A stretch of DNA of 64,000 nucleotides. Origin: Elusimicrobiota bacterium (GTDB lineage: Bacteria > Elusimicrobiota > Elusimicrobia > F11). The position numbers were made by a program, and so were the translations under genes. Positions 57,516 to 64,000 of this stretch are shown one piece after another. The DNA is taken from NCBI GenBank assembly GCA_046153645.1, contig JBJXGI010000099.1, positions 14,781-78,780 on the forward strand, given 5' to 3'. The stretch's first letter is position 1. Every line of letters begins with the position of its first letter. The notes under the pieces are model-generated. The model saw only the letters and a list, made by a program, of their open reading frames with translations. It had not been told where the DNA came from and did no database searches.

Positions 57516-58448
57516 ATGATTCAAGAAAAACGTGATTTCATTTCAATGGCTGATTTTTCAGCCGATGAAATAGGAAAGATATTATCACTGGCTCGCCACT
57601 TAAAAAAAAGAAAACTATCACATGAATTAACAGGGCAAACCATTGGTCTTATTTTTCAAAAACCATCAACAAGAACAACTGTTTCTTTTGCCGTGGGAGT
57701 TTCACAATTAGGCGGAAATCCGCTTATTTTAACCGCAGATGCCCTTCAAATTAAACGTGGAGAATCTCCAAAGGATACTGGAAGAGTTCTCTCTCGATAT
57801 TTAGATGCGATTGTTATACGTGCCCACCGCCATGAAGATATTTTAGAAATGGCCAGTTTTGCCAGTATTCCTGTTATTAATGGACTAACAGATATGGAAC
57901 ATCCATGCCAGGTGATGGCGGATTTGCTCACCATCATGGACAAAAAGAAAATGAGTTCCGTCAAAGATTTAAAAGGGTTTCACTTGTGTTATATTGGAGA
58001 TGGAAATAACATGGCACATTCACTTATGTTGGCCTCCTCTCACCTGGGAATAAAATTAACATTGGCTTGTCCGCGTGGTTATTGGCCGTTATCGACTTAT
58101 ATTCAACTTTCTAAAAAACTCTCTCAAAAAGGCCGAGGATCGGTTCAGATTACGCAAGATCCCAAAGATGCGGTGAAAGGAGCCGACGCCGTTTATACCG
58201 ATGTTTGGACTTCTATGGGACAAGAAGCAGAGGTACAGCGTCGAAAACAAATTTTTTCTCCCTATCAAATTAATCAAAAGTTACTCAAATTGGCCAAAAA
58301 AGATTCTTTGGTGATGCATTGTTTACCCGCTCATAGAGGTGAAGAAATAACGGATGATGTCATTGAAGATCCACATTCTGTTATTTTTGATCAAGCTGAA
58401 AATCGACTGCATGCACAAAAAGCGATTTTAGTCACTTTGTTGGGTTAA
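57516..58448 (+). CDS. argF: Ornithine carbamoyltransferase-family protein
   Basis: Carbamoyl-phosphate site STRTTVSF, HCLPAHRGEE (the HCLP motif typical of OTCase rather than ATCase). Confidence 0.75.
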   Translation: MIQEKRDFISMADFSADEIGKILSLARHLKKRKLSHELTGQTIGLIFQKPSTRTTVSFAVGVSQLGGNPLILTADALQIKRGESPKDTGRVLSRYLDAIVIRAHRHEDILEMASFASIPVINGLTDMEHPCQVMADLLTIMDKKKMSSVKDLKGFHLCYIGDGNNMAHSLMLASSHLGIKLTLACPRGYWPLSTYIQLSKKLSQKGRGSVQITQDPKDAVKGADAVYTDVWTSMGQEAEVQRRKQIFSPYQINQKLLKLAKKDSLVMHCLPAHRGEEITDDVIEDPHSVIFDQAENRLHAQKAILVTLLG

Positions 58449-58451
58449 AAA

Positions 58452-58979
58452 ATGATTTTTTCTATTGGAACTGATTCTCCTCAAATTCATCCCAGCGCTT
58501 TTATTCATCCCACCGCGGAAATATCCGGTAAAGTCAAAATTGGAGCACATGTTTCCATTTGGGGAGGATGTATTCTCAGGGGCGATGTTGACTGGATTGA
58601 AGTGGGAGAAGAATCTAATGTTCAAGATGGTTGTGTGTTTCATACAAGTCATGGAATGCCCGTCAAATTAGAGCAAGGAGTAACAGTGGGACACCGCGCT
58701 GTTATTCATGGTTCAATTGTTAAATCTTATTCACTTATTGGCATGGGTGCTATTTTGCTGGATAAATCAATAATTGAAGAAAAATGCTTGGTGGCCGCAG
58801 GGGCCGTGGTTCGAGAGGGGGGCATTATTCCTGTTGGTCAATTGGCAGCTGGGGTTCCCGCTCGGGTCATTCGAGCTTTGACTCCCAATGAGTTAGAAAT
58901 GATTCTTAAACGTCCTTCTGAATATGTGAAATTGGCAGCCGTTTATAAAGATGCCCTCCAAAAAGCCCATATCATCTAA
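58452..58979 (+). CDS. Gamma-carbonic-anhydrase / hexapeptide-repeat (LbH) family protein
   Basis: Hexapeptide repeats and His ligands (…GHRAVIHGS…). Confidence 0.7.
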   Translation: MIFSIGTDSPQIHPSAFIHPTAEISGKVKIGAHVSIWGGCILRGDVDWIEVGEESNVQDGCVFHTSHGMPVKLEQGVTVGHRAVIHGSIVKSYSLIGMGAILLDKSIIEEKCLVAAGAVVREGGIIPVGQLAAGVPARVIRALTPNELEMILKRPSEYVKLAAVYKDALQKAHII

Positions 58980-59544
58980 GATTGATTTTATTTTGGCCTC
59001 CGGGTCACCCAGACGAAAACAGCTCTTACGCGCTGCCGGTTTTAAATTTGAAATTATTCCCAGTCAAGTTTCTGAGAAAATGCCTTCAAAAACACCGCCC
59101 GGTGTTCTCGTCAGAGCATTGGCTATTAAAAAAGCAATTGCTATTTCCAAAAAATACCCGCAACAACTTGTATTAGGGGCCGATACCATTGTTTATATCA
59201 ATGGTCATGTTGTGGGCAAACCCCGAAATGCTGTCCATGCAAAGCGTATTCTTGAAGAATTATCTGGTCATTGGCAAAAAGTTTATACCGGAGTGGCTTT
59301 TTCTTCTCACGGTGGTAAAAAAATAATTTCAAAGGTCGGAATATCACGCGTAAAGATTCGAAAATTAAGTGAAATGGACATTAGACGAGCATCAACTCAA
59401 CATTTAGACAAAGCTGGCGCATATGCCGTTCAACAAAAGAAAGATCCTTTTGTTGAGAAAATTGTGGGAGATTATGACAATGTTGTGGGGTTACCAGTAA
59501 AGATTGTAAAACGACTATTGAGCAGGTGGAGCCGTCGGCGCTGA
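58951..59544 (+). CDS. maf: Maf-family nucleoside triphosphate pyrophosphatase
   Basis: ILASGSPRRKQLL…GADTIV…. The track start overlaps the previous gene by 29 nt, so the true start may be downstream. Confidence 0.85.
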   Translation: MPSKKPISSKIDFILASGSPRRKQLLRAAGFKFEIIPSQVSEKMPSKTPPGVLVRALAIKKAIAISKKYPQQLVLGADTIVYINGHVVGKPRNAVHAKRILEELSGHWQKVYTGVAFSSHGGKKIISKVGISRVKIRKLSEMDIRRASTQHLDKAGAYAVQQKKDPFVEKIVGDYDNVVGLPVKIVKRLLSRWSRRR

Positions 59545-60270
59545 GGGTTGAGGCGGTGTTGGTGGTTGAAGCCTTTTTTTGAAAGTGTCTGAGACAAAAT
59601 TAACTTTTAAAGAAGAGTTGAGCTGATTTAACCAATCGCCGTAAACGAGATTAAACTCCTGATTTCTTATCTGCTCTTTAACTTGATGGGGATTGTCTTT
59701 TAATTCTTTGATCTTTTTCGGATCTTTTTCGGTTTTTAATCTGTTGGCTAATTCTTCGGCGGCTTCTGAATCCGTCACATGAATGGAGCTAAAGAGAAGT
59801 CTGTTTAATCTTCTGGCCGCGGAATCTTTCTTCTGAATTGTCTCAAAATCTTTTAATGATAAACCAAAAATTTGACGCACTGATTGAACGTAAGTAGCAG
59901 GATCAAATTTTCCTTCTTTTTGAAAAGCAGGAATAGAGGCCAGATCTAACTGTAAATCTTGATCGGTGATTTGAATTCCAAATTTTTCTGATTCCTGATT
60001 AAAAACTTCTTGTCTTATCACTTCTTGGAGGGTTTGGTTTTCTAATTGAAAGCGTTCTTCTTCTGAAGTGGGGGGGCGCTGCCGGATGATCTGTTTTAAA
60101 ATTTGATCATAATGTCTTTGTCTGATTTTTTCACCATTGACAGTTAAAATTACATCATTTGCTGAGGTACCCATTGAAGAGGTTCCTACCCCAAAAAACA
60201 CCATGGCAACAGCACAAATACACAGGAAAATAAAAACAAATTTTTTATGTTTGCGGAAGAAACTGAACAT
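59515..60270 (-). CDS. Membrane-anchored SurA-N/PpiD-like chaperone-domain protein lacking a parvulin domain
   Basis: N-terminal TM anchor FVFIFLCICAVAMVFF, then a SurA_N-like region (VILTVNGEKIRQRHYDQILKQ…), then a Pro-rich tail. Its 3' end overlaps maf by 30 nt on the opposite strand. Confidence 0.4.
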   Translation of the reverse strand: MFSFFRKHKKFVFIFLCICAVAMVFFGVGTSSMGTSANDVILTVNGEKIRQRHYDQILKQIIRQRPPTSEEERFQLENQTLQEVIRQEVFNQESEKFGIQITDQDLQLDLASIPAFQKEGKFDPATYVQSVRQIFGLSLKDFETIQKKDSAARRLNRLLFSSIHVTDSEAAEELANRLKTEKDPKKIKELKDNPHQVKEQIRNQEFNLVYGDWLNQLNSSLKVNFVSDTFKKRLQPPTPPQPSAPTAPPAQ

Positions 60271-60288
60271 GACTAAAGAATAGTAAAT

Positions 60289-60729
60289 TTATTCTTTATG
60301 ATCCATGCCGACAACTTTTAATTGGCGAGGACGTTTTTGGTTTTCTTCATGAGGGAAATCTTGAGGGCTCAGTTCGAGAACTTTTCCATCTGTTTTAACC
60401 GTTTGACATTGACCTTCGAATTGAGCGCCATCGATGATAATAAGCTTAGCGGTTTTAATATCACCTAAAAGTTGAGATTTTCCCAGTAGTTCAAGGGTCG
60501 TTGTCGCGGTTACATTGCCTTTTACTTTTCCAGCAATAGTGATTCTGTTGGCTGAAATATTTCCAATAACAGCTCCGTGGTCACCAATCACGATAGCTTC
60601 GGCGGTAATATCACCATTTACTTTTCCATCTATTCTCAATGATTCACCGGTTTGAAGGGAACCTTCAATTTGAGTTTCTGGCCCAATGATGGTTTCTATA
60701 TTTTCATTTTTTCCGAATTTAAAAGACAT
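60289..60729 (-). CDS. Bactofilin (CcmA-like polymer-forming cytoskeletal protein)
   Basis: Beta-helical bactofilin repeats: GKVNGDITAEAIVIGDHGAVIGNISANRITIAGKVKGNVTATTTLELLGKSQLLGDIKTAKLII. Confidence 0.8.
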   Translation of the reverse strand: MSFKFGKNENIETIIGPETQIEGSLQTGESLRIDGKVNGDITAEAIVIGDHGAVIGNISANRITIAGKVKGNVTATTTLELLGKSQLLGDIKTAKLIIIDGAQFEGQCQTVKTDGKVLELSPQDFPHEENQKRPRQLKVVGMDHKE

Positions 60730-60749
60730 ATATTCCTCCCGAGCGCATC

Positions 60750-61826
60750 TTAAAGAAAGTCCTCACTAGATTCAATAAGAGTTTTCGCTATTTTAAGTCT
60801 ATCGATAATAAAAGAAAAAATATTGATGGGGGTTGGTTGTTGTGGTGACTTTACAAGTCCACTATCTTCGGCTTTTTCTAGAGCCAAAATAGCTTTTTTC
60901 TCTAAGTCACTGGCTTTAAGATAAGGCATGGGGTCCAATCGAACATTGTTTTTCCATACTTCATAATGGCAATGAACGCCTGATGAACGCCCTGTGCTTC
61001 CCATGAGTGCTATGGTTTGACCTCTTTTAACTTTGTCACCGGTCTTAACGATAAGTCGACTGTTATGACCAAAACGAGTGGAATAGCCAAATTCATGATT
61101 GATAACCACTAAATTCCCGTAACCACTTTTCCATTCTGAAAGTTGAACGGTTCCATCTGCAGTGGCTCTTACAGGTGTTCCTAATGAGCCTGAAATGTCT
61201 ATTCCGGGGTGAAACTCAGAGCCGCCACCAAAAGGAGACATGCGATTTCCGTAGTGAGAAGTTAAATGTCCACGCGAGGGCCAATTGGTTGGTTTTGCTC
61301 GATACATTCGTTGTTTCGTTTCAATTAACTTAGAAAGTTCTTCATAAGAGGAAAGTCTTGTTTGAGTTTCTTTTTTAAAGGAGTCGGAAGTGTTGACCAA
61401 TTGTTCCCATGAAAAATGAGATGATCTATGGCGAAGAGTTTGATTAATTTCTTTTTGATCTAAAATGGTAGGTCCACCTGTTCCCACTTCTTTTTGAAAT
61501 TTCAAAATCTGCCTGAGTTCTTGGTCGACTTGTTTAACCTCGTCTAGGTATTGGCGAGAGGTATTAATTTCACTGACTAAATATTGAATTTTCATTTGGA
61601 GAACTCGATTGGATATTTGTGTTCTCCAATAGTCTACGTGTTGAGCCGACAAATAAGAGCCCCAAATGGTAACTCCTGTCCAGAGGGCAAACAAAGTAAG
61701 AAAAACTGAAAAATGGAAATTAATTTGAATAGGTTTATTCGCCCCATGAGAAACAATCATGAAGGTGAATCGATGTGAGAAGATGCGTTTTATTCGAGAT
61801 ATCATCACTTGGCCTAAACTTAACAA
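60750..61826 (-). CDS. M23-family (LytM-domain) metallopeptidase with N-terminal TM/coiled-coil
   Basis: HPGIDISGSLGTPVRATADGTV…GYGNLVVINHEFGYSTRFGHNS…GSTGRSSGVHCHYEVW (HxxxD…HxH zinc ligands). Confidence 0.85.
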   Translation of the reverse strand: MLSLGQVMISRIKRIFSHRFTFMIVSHGANKPIQINFHFSVFLTLFALWTGVTIWGSYLSAQHVDYWRTQISNRVLQMKIQYLVSEINTSRQYLDEVKQVDQELRQILKFQKEVGTGGPTILDQKEINQTLRHRSSHFSWEQLVNTSDSFKKETQTRLSSYEELSKLIETKQRMYRAKPTNWPSRGHLTSHYGNRMSPFGGGSEFHPGIDISGSLGTPVRATADGTVQLSEWKSGYGNLVVINHEFGYSTRFGHNSRLIVKTGDKVKRGQTIALMGSTGRSSGVHCHYEVWKNNVRLDPMPYLKASDLEKKAILALEKAEDSGLVKSPQQPTPINIFSFIIDRLKIAKTLIESSEDFL

Positions 61827-61917
61827 GCATCTGGCTTGTTTTCAATGAGATATTTGATACACGGGGGGCTTTTTGGTTAGGAAGATAAAGGCCGTCCTGC
61901 AATCAATTCTAAACTCA

Positions 61918-62724
61918 TTATACTCCTTTTTCTTCGTCGGTGGTCTTTTTTGCGTCATTGTGATAGAAAACCATGTTTGTTCCGCCGGCTTCAATCAGAG
62001 CGCCATTTTCGAGGAAAATTTGCTCTTTTACAGGGGTTCCATTCACTTTGGGGTACCCTGCTTTGACGGCTTTTAAAAAATAGCCCTCAGGTCGGCGACT
62101 GATAGCGGCGGCCAGACCAGGAACCAGAAAACCCTTGATTTTAATAGCAGATTGATCTGCCCCACCAATATAGGTAACAAGGTCTTTTAGAAGGATTTCT
62201 GTTTGACCATTGACCCCGCCAGAAACAATGCGAATCACACCGTATTTTAGATCTGTTTTTGGCGGCTCGGGGCTTAAATTGTTTTGAATTTCTGAAATAG
62301 AAGAAGATTCCTCTTTTGGGGGGAGACCTAAACTTTTTCTCAGCATTTCACGTTGTGATTCTATAGAGTCTTTTTTAGGTTCCTCTTGATTGAGATCGGG
62401 TGTATTTTCAACGGGAGCGGGTAGATTATCTGGTTCTTTATCTGTAATAAATTCTAATACATGTCCGGCAATTCCAACTTGATCTTTATGTTTGATTCGA
62501 CCACTTTTGATCCTCTGTCCATTAAGAAAGGTTCCATTGGTGCTGTTTAAATCTTCAATAATATAATGATCGCCCATTTTCTTTATTTTGCCGTGAAATC
62601 CTGAAATGGTGGGGTGATCAATAGCTATATCATTGTTCGGTTTTCTGCCGATTGAAATTTCATCTTTATCGATGGGGATTTCTTTAATAACGGCAGAATT
62701 AAATTTAACGTATATCTTGGCCAT
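61918..62724 (-). CDS. FHA-domain protein
   Basis: N-terminal FHA: ISIGRKPNNDIAIDHPTISGFHGKI…IEDLNSTNGTFLNGQRI. The C-terminal half carries a second, degenerate FHA-like region. Confidence 0.8.
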   Translation of the reverse strand: MAKIYVKFNSAVIKEIPIDKDEISIGRKPNNDIAIDHPTISGFHGKIKKMGDHYIIEDLNSTNGTFLNGQRIKSGRIKHKDQVGIAGHVLEFITDKEPDNLPAPVENTPDLNQEEPKKDSIESQREMLRKSLGLPPKEESSSISEIQNNLSPEPPKTDLKYGVIRIVSGGVNGQTEILLKDLVTYIGGADQSAIKIKGFLVPGLAAAISRRPEGYFLKAVKAGYPKVNGTPVKEQIFLENGALIEAGGTNMVFYHNDAKKTTDEEKGV

Positions 62725-62727
62725 CTA

Positions 62728-63573
62728 TCAATTCCTCTTTGGTTTTGATCTCAGGATTTTTTTGAGTCTTTCAGTTAAGTTGCCCCAAGCGCTAGATTCT
62801 TCTTTTATAAGGCCAACTATGGCTGTTACGTTATCTAATCCACCCGATTGATTGGCTAAATCAATGAGTTGATCAACAATTTCTTGCGGCTCGGTTTTAG
62901 TATAGAAAACATTTTCAATTTGCGTGTCATCTAACATTTTCGAAAGCCCATCAGAGCATAACAGAATATAATCGCCTTGAGATAGTTCAATTTCATTTAA
63001 GTCCACATCAACATCAGCGGAAATGCCAACGGATCTAGTAAGCATGTTTCTCATGTCAGATTTTTCCGCATCTTCTGCTTTGAGCAGTCCTTTGTCGACT
63101 TGTTCTTGAACGAAACTATGATCAACGGTGATTTGTTTTATTTTTTTTCCTTGTCTAATAACATAAAGCCGACTGTCTCCCACATGGCCAATGGAAAGTT
63201 TGTTCTCTAAGCAGAGTGCCACAACAATGGTCGTTCCCATGTTATGGTTTTCTGCGGTTTTTTGCGCGGCTTCGTTAACAACACTATTGGCAAGTTTTAT
63301 ACAGTCGCCAAGAATAATTGTTCTTGGATCTAATTGTGGGTTTTTTGGTACGTGAAAAAAAACAGGAACATGGCCCGTTTGAAGAGACCGTTTTAATTGC
63401 TCACTGCTAATGGACGTGGCCAGTTGGCTGGCCACCTCTCCAGAGGCGTGTCCACCCATGCCATCGGCAACAATCATGAGTCCCAAATCTTCATCTATAA
63501 GCATGCAGTCTTCATTTTTACTGCGCTTCATTCCTTTGTCGGTTTTTCCCGATATTTTAATTGAATATCCCAT
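62728..63573 (-). CDS. PP2C-family Ser/Thr protein phosphatase
   Basis: MLIDEDLGLMIVADGMGGHASGEVAS…GDSRLYV…LLCSDGL…GGLDNVT. Confidence 0.85.
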   Translation of the reverse strand: MGYSIKISGKTDKGMKRSKNEDCMLIDEDLGLMIVADGMGGHASGEVASQLATSISSEQLKRSLQTGHVPVFFHVPKNPQLDPRTIILGDCIKLANSVVNEAAQKTAENHNMGTTIVVALCLENKLSIGHVGDSRLYVIRQGKKIKQITVDHSFVQEQVDKGLLKAEDAEKSDMRNMLTRSVGISADVDVDLNEIELSQGDYILLCSDGLSKMLDDTQIENVFYTKTEPQEIVDQLIDLANQSGGLDNVTAIVGLIKEESSAWGNLTERLKKILRSKPKRN

Positions 63574-63579
63574 GGTTAT

Positions 63580-64000
63580 TTACTTTTGTTCAGGATTATC
63601 TTTTGGAAAATCAGGTTGAAATTTTTTTTCAATATTTGGGTTTAAAGGAATATCTTTCCCTGGGTTTGTGCTGGGATCAAAAGTAACTGTTTTTTCAATA
63701 GCCAACGTTTTTTCACTTTTAAAGGTATTTTCCAATTCAGAAAGAAAATCATCTTTTGATACGGCTTTATTGTTTTCTATTTTTGGGTCAATTTTTGAAT
63801 CAATTGGTTTCTCTTTTGAAACGCTTTCATTCGAAGATAGCGGTTTTTCGATTGGTTCAGTTTTTTTAATAACAGGAGGAAGTACCTCTTCTGTGTTATT
63901 TGGATCTTTTAATTTTCTTAAGCAAATCTGAAGATCCATAAACATATCTCCGGATGATTGATATCGATTAATGGGGTCTTTTTGAAGCGATTTAGAAATT
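63580..64000 (-). CDS. Hypothetical protein, 3' portion only (N-terminus lies beyond the window end); Lys/Glu/Pro-rich tail
   Basis: The minus-strand frame stays open through base 64000. It sits upstream of, and is co-oriented with, the PP2C/FHA genes, and could be their partner kinase or a scaffold. No motif is visible in the window. Confidence 0.3.
   Translation of the reverse strand, partial: ISKSLQKDPINRYQSSGDMFMDLQICLRKLKDPNNTEEVLPPVIKKTEPIEKPLSSNESVSKEKPIDSKIDPKIENNKAVSKDDFLSELENTFKSEKTLAIEKTVTFDPSTNPGKDIPLNPNIEKKFQPDFPKDNPEQK

Overview
AT-rich (~36% GC) chromosomal segment from a diderm (Gram-negative type) bacterium, densely coded. Lipoproteins show an F/L-x-G-C lipobox, but the sequence alone cannot place the phylum. 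Order of content: (1) 1-11.2 kb, a polysaccharide/LPS cluster: an O-antigen-ligase-like membrane protein, a SAM methyltransferase fused to a Trm112-like zinc ribbon, a Wzx-like flippase, GT2, GT4 and GT9 (heptosyltransferase-like) glycosyltransferases, a WbaP-type undecaprenyl-phosphate sugar transferase, an epimerase, a sugar-1-P nucleotidyltransferase and a phosphomannomutase. (2) metK (GTG start) and ahcY, the activated-methyl-cycle pair. (3) A lipoprotein plus a FadL/PorV-like outer-membrane protein, lptF-lptG on the minus strand, and a divergently transcribed 1801-aa surface/outer-membrane protein. That protein has Asp-rich Ca-binding-like repeats and a C-terminal Phe. (4) comF, gap-pgk-secG with no tpiA, two tRNA islands (Leu-GAG/Gly-GCC and Cys-GCA/Val-GAC), nadA, a DUF2203-like gene, folE, a HAD phosphatase and a MoeZ-like ThiF-rhodanese gene. 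(5) A 23S-IVS-type four-helix-bundle gene bracketed by a family of AT-rich palindromic repeats that also flank the tRNAs. (6) thrS-infC-rpmI-rplT-pheS-pheT, where infC has a sigma70-like promoter, a leader terminator hairpin and a non-AUG start. A GlpD-like FAD oxidoreductase, a convergent porin-like OMP, a ZapB-like coiled-coil protein, zapA, rarA and a 5-formyl-THF cycloligase follow. (7) A small toxin-antitoxin islet: a HigB/HigA-like pair with a short toxin, and VapC/Phd. (8) A 1633-aa signal-peptide/multi-TM protein with a bilobed hydrophobic hairpin and an internal UDPGP-family domain (UDP-sugar pyrophosphorylase-like, a mostly eukaryotic family). It is the most unusual element in the window. 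(9) A DUF4143 AAA ATPase whose promoter is overlain by a perfect 22-bp palindrome, uvrA, pal-cpoB-tolB in a non-canonical order, an OTCase-like gene, a gamma-carbonic-anhydrase-like gene and maf. (10) A minus-strand cell-shape/signalling cluster: a PpiD/SurA-N-like protein, bactofilin, an M23 peptidase, an FHA protein, a PP2C phosphatase, and an ORF running off the window edge. No CRISPR arrays, rRNA genes or transposases were seen. All assignments rest on conserved motifs read by eye; no database search was possible.
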